Assembly: GCA_965660445.1 (NCBI GenBank)
Contig: CBFIAK010000001.1
Coordinates: 416,001 to 480,000, forward strand
Origin: Patescibacteria group bacterium
Lineage (GTDB): Bacteria; Patescibacteriota; Gracilibacteria; UBA4473
Direction: 5' to 3'
Length of the DNA stretch: 64,000 bases
In this document: positions 40,363 to 49,653 of the stretch, one piece after another
Layout of the letters: every line of letters starts with the position of its first letter
Position numbering within the stretch: position 1 is the stretch's first letter
The notes under the pieces: generated by a model
What the model was told of the DNA's origin: nothing
The model's database searches: none
Seen by the model: the letters and a program-made list of their open reading frames with translations, nothing else
Translations under genes and position numbers: made by a program

Positions 40363-41808
40363 ATGTCATCTGATACACATTCACGCAGTTCATCGATTGT
40401 TTCCATTGAAAAAATGGTTTTTGAGGGGAAGGGGTTGGCTCATAATGATCAAGGGCAGGTTGTTTTTACGCCAAAAGTTTTACCAGGGGAGAAAGTACAG
40501 TATCAAGAGTTGTCTCGTAAAAGAGGGGTTATACAGGGATGGCCTTTGGAAATTTCTGATAAAAGTGAAAAACGAATTGAACCGATATGCCCTTATTTTT
40601 CGGTGTGTGGTGGGTGTGTGTTTCAGCATACGAGTTATGAAAATCAGATACATTACAAAATGGAGAGTGTTCGAGAATCGTTTCATAGGATTGCAAAGTT
40701 GTCTTATGAAGAGATAGTAAAAAAAGAAAAACCAGTTTATCAAGCACAAAAAAAAGAACATTATCGAAACAAAACAGAGTTTTCTTTTTCTCAAGATGAA
40801 GAAGGGGTGCATGTTGGGTTTCATGATCCGGTGTGTCGATCGAAAGTATTAGACCATGAAAGTTGTTTGCTTCATTCTCCAAATGCTCAAAAGGCGTTTG
40901 AATGTGTTCAAACGCTTGTGAAAGATACAGTGCTTGATGTATATGATTTATACAGAAATCGAAATGGGTTTTTGTTTTCTATTACGTTTCGAACAAATAT
41001 CGATGATCATGTTTTAGTAGTTGTGAATACGAATAATGAAGATTTTCATGAAAAAGAAAAAGAACGGTGGGTTGCATCGTTTCAATCTGCACTAGGTGAG
41101 GCTCTTCATGGAATAGTTCAGGTCAAGAAAGATCGTCAATATACAGCCTCTGAATCGGTTGTGGTTGTGCTTTTTGGGGAATCATTCTTAATTGATAGGG
41201 TTTGTGATTTATCGTTTGAAATTGGGGCTTTGAGTTTTTTTCAAGTGAATCGAGATATGGCGACTGTTTTAGCGCGAGAAGTCCAATTACTGGCTTCTTC
41301 ATTAGGATGGAAAAAGACTGTGTTGGATTTGTGTTGTGGAAATGGGTTTCTAGGTATGGTGTTTGCTCATCAAGTAGAAAATGTTATCGGTATTGAGATA
41401 AATCCTCATTCTGTGGAAGAAGGGGCTCGAAATGCTATTCGAAACGGAATATCAAACTATACGTTTTATGCTGGTGATGCTCGGAAAGTATTATTTGATT
41501 TAAAAGAAGAAGGGGTTGCGTTTCAAGGACTCGTTATTGATCCTCCCAGAGGCGGGTTAGGGCGAAAAACGGCAAAAATGGTAGCGAAAGTGCAAGCGGA
41601 TTCTTTTGTATATGTATCATGTAACCCAACAACATTGGCTCGTGATATTGAGTATTTTTCAATTTGTGGATACCGATTGAAAAGTTTTCAGTGTTTTGAC
41701 TTGTTTCCTCATACCTACCATATTGAAACAATTGCTGTTTTCGAGCGAGAATATGAGTATGAAGATGCAAAAGCACGATGGATTGCATCTGGAAATGAGT
41801 GGAAATAA
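40363..41808 (+). CDS. rlmD: 23S rRNA (uracil-5)-methyltransferase RlmD/RumA family
   Basis: TRAM domain, C..F.VCGGC Fe-S motif, YRNK, SFFQVN, DPPRGG, YVSCNPTTLARD, FPHTYHIE. Confidence 0.92.
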   Translation: MSSDTHSRSSSIVSIEKMVFEGKGLAHNDQGQVVFTPKVLPGEKVQYQELSRKRGVIQGWPLEISDKSEKRIEPICPYFSVCGGCVFQHTSYENQIHYKMESVRESFHRIAKLSYEEIVKKEKPVYQAQKKEHYRNKTEFSFSQDEEGVHVGFHDPVCRSKVLDHESCLLHSPNAQKAFECVQTLVKDTVLDVYDLYRNRNGFLFSITFRTNIDDHVLVVVNTNNEDFHEKEKERWVASFQSALGEALHGIVQVKKDRQYTASESVVVVLFGESFLIDRVCDLSFEIGALSFFQVNRDMATVLAREVQLLASSLGWKKTVLDLCCGNGFLGMVFAHQVENVIGIEINPHSVEEGARNAIRNGISNYTFYAGDARKVLFDLKEEGVAFQGLVIDPPRGGLGRKTAKMVAKVQADSFVYVSCNPTTLARDIEYFSICGYRLKSFQCFDLFPHTYHIETIAVFEREYEYEDAKARWIASGNEWK

Positions 41809-41812
41809 GTGA

Positions 41813-42169
41813 TTATTTTTCGCTCAGTACATTGTGTACTTTTCTGTTTATAGTTTCACATATTTCCGATAGACGATGGATCATATGGGGGTACCCAGCT
41901 TCTAAGTTTTTGAGCACGTTATTGAGTTTGTCAAAATGAATAACTGGTGTGTGAGGATTAAACGTAATATCATTGCTATGAATGATATACAAGAGGTGTT
42001 CAATATCACAAAATTCATTTGTACTAACATTGATATGGTTGTTGCGATGAAACCAGTTCATTTTTTTTAAAAAATCTTCCATGTGAGAAGTAATTTCAGG
42101 ATCTTTTAAATAAGTGTTCTGAAAATCAGCGTCTGAAAAGGTAAAGAATTCGTTCTGCGGGGTGTTCAT
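41813..42169 (-). CDS. hypothetical protein
   Basis: 118-aa ORF co-oriented just downstream of the deaminase. Confidence 0.6.
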   Translation of the reverse strand: MNTPQNEFFTFSDADFQNTYLKDPEITSHMEDFLKKMNWFHRNNHINVSTNEFCDIEHLLYIIHSNDITFNPHTPVIHFDKLNNVLKNLEAGYPHMIHRLSEICETINRKVHNVLSEK

Positions 42170-42180
42170 AAAAAGAGTAT

Positions 42181-42918
42181 TTAAGAATCAAGAAGTGTTC
42201 CATCAGTATTAAACCGAGGGAGTGTATTGTTTGGGTGTGTGTTGTTATAGAGAATAGATGCGTCTTCTTTGAGGTATATGCGGCGAACTCCAAGAGAGAG
42301 TAAAGCACTTAAACATGATTGACAGATCCACCAGTGCCCATCAAGAAGAAGGTTGAATCCTTCTTCTTCTGGGTCAAGAACAGACTGCACGTGTTGAAGT
42401 ATTTGGTTTCTTTTTTTATAGAGTTCTGGTAGTTCTTCGTTTGATTGTGTGATATGTTTGTTAATGGTTTCGATAACCTCAAGAAATAATGGGGCACTGG
42501 ATGGGGCGTGTTTTTCAAGGGTGTCGTATATTGCCATTATTTCGGCATGTTCTATCTGGTTGCATCCGTTTTTATCACGGCAGTAATGGTAGCCTTCACC
42601 AGTGCGACAATTGTTTTTGACACGTGGGCAGTGATCGAGTTTTTTTCCGGCATTCGATCCAACGCCTAAAATAATATCGTTTTTGAGAAGTAGACTTCTT
42701 GTTTCTTGTTTGAGGCATCCAACATTGCGAGTGAGTGAATGAAGTATTTCAAATGCGCTATGGTCTTTTGGGAGATAAAAGAGATTTATTTCTTCGTCTA
42801 AGAACGGTTCTTGGGTGTGTCCTTCTCGGTCGAGAAAATTTTCATAGGGCATATCAAGAATCTCTTCTCGTTCGGCGGGTCGAGACTCAAAGGTCCATTG
42901 TAAATCAAGTGTCTTCAT
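42181..42918 (-). CDS. zinc-dependent cytidine/deoxycytidylate deaminase family protein
   Basis: GCLKQET..GVGSNAG..CPR..TGEGY..C; HAE; GHWWICQSC. Confidence 0.8.
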   Translation of the reverse strand: MKTLDLQWTFESRPAEREEILDMPYENFLDREGHTQEPFLDEEINLFYLPKDHSAFEILHSLTRNVGCLKQETRSLLLKNDIILGVGSNAGKKLDHCPRVKNNCRTGEGYHYCRDKNGCNQIEHAEIMAIYDTLEKHAPSSAPLFLEVIETINKHITQSNEELPELYKKRNQILQHVQSVLDPEEEGFNLLLDGHWWICQSCLSALLSLGVRRIYLKEDASILYNNTHPNNTLPRFNTDGTLLDS

Positions 42919-43224
42919 CTATTTGTGTATCGCAAAAGTTTCAAGAAATGTCAATAGAAAAAAGAAAGACGATTCGGTAAAGAGAATCGTCTTTTATTGA
43001 AAAGAAAAAGGTTTCATAAGAAAAATATTATCGTAGAGACTGAAAATTTCTTCTTATAGATTGTTCGAGTGGGATACCCCAACGAAACATGATTATGAGT
43101 AATAAATACATAAGAGATACTCCTTTAAAAATTGTGCAATAAACGAGAATTATAAGTTGATTGTAGAGAAAAAACTTGATATTTCAATATATATAATATA
43201 ATAAAAGTGTATTTGTTTCAAAAA

Positions 43225-45630
43225 ATGAAGTTCAAAAATGCGTTTGCGGTTGGTTTGTTAAGTTTTGGAAGCTTGAGTGGTTCAGAGAAATCTCTCAACC
43301 AAGACCAGTCTTCTGCAGTGGTTAAAAACCGTATACAGATCACAAAAAACAATGTAGATAATACATTGAAAGAAAAAACACTTGAAGATTTTATTGAGCA
43401 ATTAGAAGATCAAAAAAATAATGAATCGTATTTGCAGTCATTGTTTCAAAAATTTGAAGAAAATGATAAAATACAAAAACAAAAAGAGTTTTATGTTTTG
43501 TTTTATATGGCTCGACTATCTCGTGGAAAAAATGATTTTTCAGGGTCTCGTACATATCTAAAACGAGCTCTTTCTATTGTTGATGAATATCATTTAGATC
43601 CTGAATATAAGGTGAAGGCTTTGGTGTCGCTTGGAATGACTGAATATCATGATCAAAAATATCAGACGGCGTATGATATATATCAATCTGTGCTTGATAC
43701 ATATGAAGAGACCTCTATTGCGAATAAAAAACACAAAGCAGATGCGTTAAATAATATTGGAGGTTTATTTTTGGATATTCAAGCTATTATTGATCGAGAT
43801 GATGCGATTACTTCATTTCAAGAAGCTATTGCTATTGGAGAAAAAGCACAACAAGAAAATCCTGATGATACAGGAATAGTAGAGTCGTTATTACTTTTCA
43901 AGACAAATCTCGGGAGAGTGTATCTTGATTATTACTCAGAGGAAGAAAAAGATAAATCATTACAAAAGGCGTCTGATATATTTTCTTCAATACTCGCATT
44001 ATCGAAGAATTATGCAGGGAATGAGTTTCGTCGAATAGAAGGAGATGTGTATAACAATTTGGGAGTAGTTTCGTTTCGACAAGGAAAATTCAAGGAATCG
44101 GAGTTGTCTTTGCAAGAATCTTTTCGGTTATGGGATTTATTAGGAAACCAAGAGGGAAAAGCTTTAGTGTATGTAAACCAATCTGAGTTATACGCCACTA
44201 TGGCACAACAAAGTGATCGTTTGCACGGAGAAGGAAATAAAGAATCGGATAGTTTGTACCAAAAATCTCGAGAACAATTAGAATTAGTTGTCTCTTTAGA
44301 GGAAGTGCCTTCTTATATTCTCTCGTATGCGTTGCAATCATTAGAACGAAAGTATTTTGCAATGGGTGAGTTCTCAAAAGCGTATGAGTATGTGAAAAAA
44401 CGAGAGTCGATAGAAAACACTATTGGTCGTGATGAAATCCAAAAAATGTATATTCAACAAAAAGAAAAAGAGCGTCGATTAACACTTGAAAAAGATAAAG
44501 AAATTGCAGAACAAAGATCACAATATCTTTTGGCTTTAGGGGGGCTATTATTAGTGATTTTGATTGTTGGTGGATACTCGTATCGGAAAACAAAAAAACA
44601 GTCTCGTATTATTCAAGAGAAAGATAAAGACTTAGAACAGAAAAACGATTTACTGAATAATGCAAACATGAACCTAGAAGTATTAAATACGCAATTAAGT
44701 GCTGCAAATGCTGATTTAGAGGTCATGAATAAGGAGATCATCGAGAAGAACAAAACTTTAGAGGACTATATGGAAGATTTAGAATCGTTCTTTAAGATTG
44801 TAGGACATGATTTGCGAAACCAAATAACGGGAATGTCGATGAGTTTTGAAGTAATGAAGGCTTTTGTTGATCAAATACTCCACTTAAGAACAAAGAACGA
44901 TCTTGATGTAATTGCCTCTCAATTAAAAGATGTTCGACAGCGGTATAGAGAAGGAAAAGAATTAACATTCGCAGATAAGGAAGTTCTTTTTTCTAGTATT
45001 CAACTATTGTCTACTTGTTTAGAAGATATTATGGGAAAATCTCAGAAAATCTCTTCTTCAAACGAAAAAAAAATACAACAAGTAAATCATACGATTCAAT
45101 ACCTCTTAGAGCTTCAAAAACGATCACAAGATAAAGATAGAAAATTGTATTTTGAAAAAATGAACCTGAGTGAGTTTTTAGGAAGATCTGTAAATAGAAT
45201 GTATTGGAATGATACTGCCGCATCAAAAGATATTACACTTTTGGTAACCAAAGAAGCAGGTGCCGATGATGCATTGTCTATGGATGCACATATACTCAAA
45301 ACAATAGTTGATAATCTTATTGGAAATGCAGTAAAGTTTACGCATAAGGGAGGACATATTGATATTTTTGTGGAGGATAGGAGTGATTTTGTTCAGTTAA
45401 GAATAAAAGATAATGGGGTTGGAATGACTGAAGACCAGAAACAAAAAGTCTTTAGTATAAAAGAACGCACCAGTACTCTTGGGACACAAGGAGAAGTTGG
45501 AACGGGGTTTGGATTGCCTCAGGTATACCAGTATATACAGAAACTTGGAGGGACGATTCATATTAAAAGTGAGGGGAAAGATACAGGGACTGAATTTGTG
45601 ATTAATTTCCCAAAAGAGAGGAGGGTTTAG
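43225..45630 (+). CDS. TPR-containing membrane sensor histidine kinase
   Basis: TPR motifs (ALNNIG, TNLGRVY, VYNNLGVV), one TM, coiled coil, H-box GHDLRN, NLIGNAVKF, DNGVG, GTGFGL. Confidence 0.93.
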   Translation: MKFKNAFAVGLLSFGSLSGSEKSLNQDQSSAVVKNRIQITKNNVDNTLKEKTLEDFIEQLEDQKNNESYLQSLFQKFEENDKIQKQKEFYVLFYMARLSRGKNDFSGSRTYLKRALSIVDEYHLDPEYKVKALVSLGMTEYHDQKYQTAYDIYQSVLDTYEETSIANKKHKADALNNIGGLFLDIQAIIDRDDAITSFQEAIAIGEKAQQENPDDTGIVESLLLFKTNLGRVYLDYYSEEEKDKSLQKASDIFSSILALSKNYAGNEFRRIEGDVYNNLGVVSFRQGKFKESELSLQESFRLWDLLGNQEGKALVYVNQSELYATMAQQSDRLHGEGNKESDSLYQKSREQLELVVSLEEVPSYILSYALQSLERKYFAMGEFSKAYEYVKKRESIENTIGRDEIQKMYIQQKEKERRLTLEKDKEIAEQRSQYLLALGGLLLVILIVGGYSYRKTKKQSRIIQEKDKDLEQKNDLLNNANMNLEVLNTQLSAANADLEVMNKEIIEKNKTLEDYMEDLESFFKIVGHDLRNQITGMSMSFEVMKAFVDQILHLRTKNDLDVIASQLKDVRQRYREGKELTFADKEVLFSSIQLLSTCLEDIMGKSQKISSSNEKKIQQVNHTIQYLLELQKRSQDKDRKLYFEKMNLSEFLGRSVNRMYWNDTAASKDITLLVTKEAGADDALSMDAHILKTIVDNLIGNAVKFTHKGGHIDIFVEDRSDFVQLRIKDNGVGMTEDQKQKVFSIKERTSTLGTQGEVGTGFGLPQVYQYIQKLGGTIHIKSEGKDTGTEFVINFPKERRV

Positions 45631-45702
45631 AAATTGTATTGATTTAATATGCGTCTTGGCGGTACAATAAAGACATATTCTATTTTTTAACTTTTTTTTC
45701 TC

Positions 45703-46125
45703 ATGATAAAATCCATGAACAATTTGTTGTTGTGGTGTGTGAGTATTTTGGCGTTGCTCATTGGTGGTATCGCTTTGTACACAACACAAAATATGGCGGG
45801 GAGTATGCAGGCGAGTTTATTAGATGTACCGAGTCAGGGTATGTCCACGATGATGATCAGTAAAGGTGGTCAAAGTGGAGGTGGGGGAGGAGGTCCTTAT
45901 GGAGGATCAATGATGCGTGGAAGTGGTGGAACGTTCGATTATGTAGATATTAACGACGGAAGCCCTGTTTTTAGTGGAAAAATCTTTTCTGCAGATCCTG
46001 TAACAGGAGATTACAATGCTATTTTGCATCATGTAAGTCATGATCCTTTGATTTTGGATTTACCCGTTATTGTAAAAGATAATAGTGGTAATTTATGGGC
46101 ACCAATGCAAACACCAACACAATAG
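45703..46125 (+). CDS. hypothetical membrane-anchored protein with Gly/Met-rich linker
   Basis: N-terminal TM, MQASLL, GGQSGGGGGG. Confidence 0.7.
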   Translation: MIKSMNNLLLWCVSILALLIGGIALYTTQNMAGSMQASLLDVPSQGMSTMMISKGGQSGGGGGGPYGGSMMRGSGGTFDYVDINDGSPVFSGKIFSADPVTGDYNAILHHVSHDPLILDLPVIVKDNSGNLWAPMQTPTQ

Positions 46126-46144
46126 TTTTGGATTTGTTTTGTTT

Positions 46145-46180
46145 AAAAACCACTTTTTCGAGAGAGAAAGTGGTTTTTTT
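46145..46180 (+). terminator. intrinsic terminator
   Basis: aaaaaccacttt...aaagtggttttttt. Confidence 0.8.
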
Positions 46181-46229
46181 TGACAATCAAGAAGTTTGTT
46201 CCGATACTACAAGAGGTTAAAAAAACGAT

Positions 46230-46763
46230 ATGAAAGATATATGGCAGAATTTTGTTGTGCGAGGTCAATTAGTGCCGAGTTCTCGGTATTTAGTTCAGAA
46301 AATGATTCGCAATATTGATTTTTCAAGAGACATGACGGTGCTTCAGCTTGGGTTTGGAAACGGGGTCTTTACGAAAGCCCTACTCGAACGAATGACTGAA
46401 AAAAGTCGTCTTATTGTTTTTGAGATTCGACCAGAATGCCAAGAACACTCTCAAGATATAAACGATAAGAGACTCCGTTATATTTGTGATTCAGCAGAAT
46501 ATATACATAAATATTTTTTGAATAAAAATTTTGATCATATTATCTCAACACTTCCGTTGGCAAATATGAAAGAATCGGTTCGGTTATGTATTTGTCAGGA
46601 AATCAGAAACCATTTAAAAGAAGGGGGGGTGTTTTTGCAGTACCAGTATTCATTGCATTCTCGGTCTGATATTTGCAGAGTGTTCAAACGATCACCACGT
46701 ATTGGGTTTGAGGTACGTAATTTTCCACCAGCGTTTATTTATGAGATCAGCAATGATGTATAA
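46230..46763 (+). CDS. phospholipid N-methyltransferase (PmtA-like) SAM methyltransferase
   Basis: VPSSRYL, QLGFGNGVFT, IISTLP, FLQYQYS, NFPPAFIY. Confidence 0.82.
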   Translation: MKDIWQNFVVRGQLVPSSRYLVQKMIRNIDFSRDMTVLQLGFGNGVFTKALLERMTEKSRLIVFEIRPECQEHSQDINDKRLRYICDSAEYIHKYFLNKNFDHIISTLPLANMKESVRLCICQEIRNHLKEGGVFLQYQYSLHSRSDICRVFKRSPRIGFEVRNFPPAFIYEISNDV

Positions 46764-47298
46764 GAAAATATTGTTCTTTATTTGGTTATTAGGTTTATTG
46801 TGTTTTGGGGTGTTTTATTGGTTTCATCAAGATTTATTTACTCCTGAGAGTATGCAACACCTTTTCTCTCAGAATTTGTATTGGGGGCTTGGTTTGTATT
46901 TTTTATTAGGGACGATACGTGGGTTTACATTGTTTCCATCAACGCCTATGGTGCTTGCGGGGGCGCTCGTTTTTCCACCACTACCGCTGTATATAGTGAA
47001 TTTATTCTGTGTGATAACATCATCTACGATCGTGTATTTTTGGGGGCAATTTCTCGGTTTCGATACGTATTTTGAACGCAAGTATCCTCATCAAGTACAT
47101 GCTTTGCAAAAAGCACTTGAGAAACGAGAGCTTCCTATTTTGGTGGGGTGGAGTTTTTTTCCGCTTGTGCCAACGGATATGATTTGCTATGCAGGAGAAA
47201 TTATGCGTATAAAACTTTGGAAATGTCTTGTTGGTGTTTTGATTGGTGAAGGTATTATCTGTGCTCTTTATATCTGGGGGGTTGATGCGGTATGGTAG
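46753..47298 (+). CDS. DedA superfamily TVP38/TMEM64 (VTT) membrane protein
   Basis: RGFTLFPST, FFPLVPTDMICYAG; overlaps the methyltransferase stop. Confidence 0.88.
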   Translation: MMYKKILFFIWLLGLLCFGVFYWFHQDLFTPESMQHLFSQNLYWGLGLYFLLGTIRGFTLFPSTPMVLAGALVFPPLPLYIVNLFCVITSSTIVYFWGQFLGFDTYFERKYPHQVHALQKALEKRELPILVGWSFFPLVPTDMICYAGEIMRIKLWKCLVGVLIGEGIICALYIWGVDAVW

Positions 47299-47352
47299 GG
47301 AGGATGTAGTGCGGTACTTGACTTTTTTGTTTATTTATTTTAAAATATAAAT

Positions 47353-47847
47353 ATGTTTACAAAAGAGAATTTTAAATGCATTTCTGGAATTAAGGATATT
47401 CGTAATCTTCCTTGGCATGATTTTGAGTGGTTTTGTAAGTTTTTTCTTGAATATTTAGGGTTTGAGCGTATTCGTGTGACGAAGCCTAAATATGACGGCG
47501 GAGTTGATTTAATAGTATGGAAAAATAATCAAAAATATTTAGTTCAAGCAAAAAATTGGAGAGAGGATTGGTTTCCTGTCAGTGTAGTAAGAGAGCTAGG
47601 TGGAGTTATGAAAAGATGGGAAATGACACGAAAAGAGTCTGTAAAAGGTATAATAATTACTACTGCTCCAAGTTTTCAGACTGCAGAAAAAGAAGCAAAG
47701 GATTTAGGAATTATTATTTTAAATAAGGAAAAAATAGATCGATATATGTCCAATATATTTCAAAAAGAAAACATTGTATATTTCAAGAAGAAATCAATAC
47801 GCAGCAGTGGTGTTTTTCAAAAAAAGACAATTTCGAAAGCGTTTTAA
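47353..47847 (+). CDS. Mrr_cat-type restriction endonuclease domain protein
   Basis: FEWFC..LGF, YDGGVDL, LVQAK, VVRELGG, GIIITT..F. Confidence 0.88.
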   Translation: MFTKENFKCISGIKDIRNLPWHDFEWFCKFFLEYLGFERIRVTKPKYDGGVDLIVWKNNQKYLVQAKNWREDWFPVSVVRELGGVMKRWEMTRKESVKGIIITTAPSFQTAEKEAKDLGIIILNKEKIDRYMSNIFQKENIVYFKKKSIRSSGVFQKKTISKAF

Positions 47848-47878
47848 CATTCTTGTTCTGCTCTAAGGTGAGGCAAGA

Positions 47879-48835
47879 TTATTGTCTCATTACAGAAAAT
47901 ACTATATAGCCTATATAGATCAGAATAAATACAATTCCTTGCCATCGTTCGACGGTGTGTTTTTTTCCTATAAACATGATACAAAAAAGGATAAAACTCG
48001 CACTAATGGTCATGAGTATATCAGAGCTTGAGGTTTGATTAAATGGAAGCGGGTTGATTATCGAGCTGATTCCGAGTATCCAGAAGATATTAAAAATGTT
48101 TGATCCAATAACATTTCCAATCGCAATATCGGTTTGTTTTTTGGATGCCGCAATAGCAGAGGTTGCGAGTTCAGGTAATGAAGTTCCTATTGCAACAATT
48201 GTAAGACCAATTAAAGACTGGCTCAAATGAAAAGATTCAGCGATGTGTACAGCTCCATCTACAATCCATTTTCCTCCTACTGATAATCCCACTAACCCGA
48301 GAACAATGTACAAAAATGATTGTGGATAACTAAAAAGTTTTATATCTGTGTCGGTAATATCCCCTGTAGCTTGAGAGATACCAAATGTGTAGTACAGAAA
48401 AATAATAAAAAATGATATGAGGATCATACCGTCGGTTCTGGTTAATCCCGAAAAGTTGCTTCCGTCTATAAGTGTGTCATGCGCCATAATTCCTAATATT
48501 AAAGCAGCTAATAAACTCAAAGGGATTTCTTTCCAAACAGTATTTTTTTTCGTTACAAGTGGGCAAATAATAGATGAAACTCCAAGGATAAGGAATATAT
48601 TCGCAATATTACTTCCGAGTATGTTTCCAATCGCAATATCGGTGTTTCCACTGAGACTCGAAAATATATTCACGATGAGTTCTGGTGCAGAGGTACCAAA
48701 AGAAACAATGGTGAGTCCAATAACAATGGCTGAAATATTAAGTTTTTTGGCAATTGATGCTGACCCATCAACCAGTAAATCAGCTCCTTTAATTAAAAGG
48801 ATAAACCCAAGTATGAATAAAATGTACGTAAGCAT
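47879..48835 (-). CDS. calcium/sodium antiporter (YrbG family)
   Basis: Two GLTIV.GTS.PEL and GN..GSNI.NI repeats. Confidence 0.95.
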   Translation of the reverse strand: MLTYILFILGFILLIKGADLLVDGSASIAKKLNISAIVIGLTIVSFGTSAPELIVNIFSSLSGNTDIAIGNILGSNIANIFLILGVSSIICPLVTKKNTVWKEIPLSLLAALILGIMAHDTLIDGSNFSGLTRTDGMILISFFIIFLYYTFGISQATGDITDTDIKLFSYPQSFLYIVLGLVGLSVGGKWIVDGAVHIAESFHLSQSLIGLTIVAIGTSLPELATSAIAASKKQTDIAIGNVIGSNIFNIFWILGISSIINPLPFNQTSSSDILMTISASFILFCIMFIGKKHTVERWQGIVFILIYIGYIVFSVMRQ

Positions 48836-48911
48836 GGTTTTTTAGTTTATATCGAAAAAAAGTGTAGGATATTTGAGATAAAAAGGGAAGAAGGGGAGAG
48901 GGCTTATTCTT

Positions 48912-49301
48912 TTAATTATTTTTTCGGTAGGTTTTCTTCACTTTCTCATAGGCTTCGTGTCCTCCATGCTTTATATCATTGGCGGGATACTTTTTTGAGT
49001 TATACTCGATTTTTGATTGAGTCGCTTCAAGCAAATCAATATCGTTTTCTTGGCAAAACTCAAGTATATAGATGAAAATATCCGCTACTTCTGCAGAAAT
49101 TTCCGGTTTATCCTTCTTTTTAGTACTCCCATGTCTTTTGATATCAGTATCATCCCATTGATAATGCTCCAAGAGTTCAGCTGCCTCCAAGACGATTGAT
49201 TTTACTAAATCCACTGGAGCAAGACCCAGCCAACCACGTTCTTCTCTAAAAACATGCAGTTGTTGAACTATTTCTTCGAAAGTAACGTTTTTGTGAGTCA
49301 T
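48912..49301 (-). CDS. MazG-like nucleotide pyrophosphohydrolase (dCTP pyrophosphatase-like)
   Basis: FREERGW, SIVLEAAELLEHYQW, EVADIFIY, KIEYNSKKYP. Confidence 0.9.
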   Translation of the reverse strand: MTHKNVTFEEIVQQLHVFREERGWLGLAPVDLVKSIVLEAAELLEHYQWDDTDIKRHGSTKKKDKPEISAEVADIFIYILEFCQENDIDLLEATQSKIEYNSKKYPANDIKHGGHEAYEKVKKTYRKNN

Positions 49302-49563
49302 AGATAAATAAATTATATTTTGTTTCCAATAACTCCACGATACCCCCCAATAATAGAACTGTCAAAGAGGATGTGTCTTGTGTGGGACTATTACTCAGTT
49401 TTGATAAATAAGTATCGATGAGTGGAAGTAATCAAAAATTTTAGTAATCACTCTAAAAAATCCTACACACAGCAAACACCCGAGGGGGTCCCGATATATC
49501 GGGACACAGTATCTCTCCTTTTCATTGCCTCGTTTCACTCGTTATTCAAAGCACATTCAACTG

Positions 49564-49653
49564 TGGCGGAGAGAGAGGGATTCGAACCCTCGGTGCGGTT
49601 ACCCGCACAACACCTTAGCAGGGTGCCGCTTTCGACCACTCAGCCATCTCTCC
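49564..49653 (-). tRNA. tRNA-Ser(GCT)
   Basis: GGAGAGA...TCTCTCCGCCA, anticodon loop CT-GCT-AA, long variable arm. Confidence 0.97.

Noticed and set aside
41813-49563. Integrated genomic island or prophage ending at tRNA-Ser
   Set aside because: No integrase, phage genes or convincing duplicate of the tRNA-Ser 3' end; the 10-bp ATCTCTCCTT match at 49511 is too short
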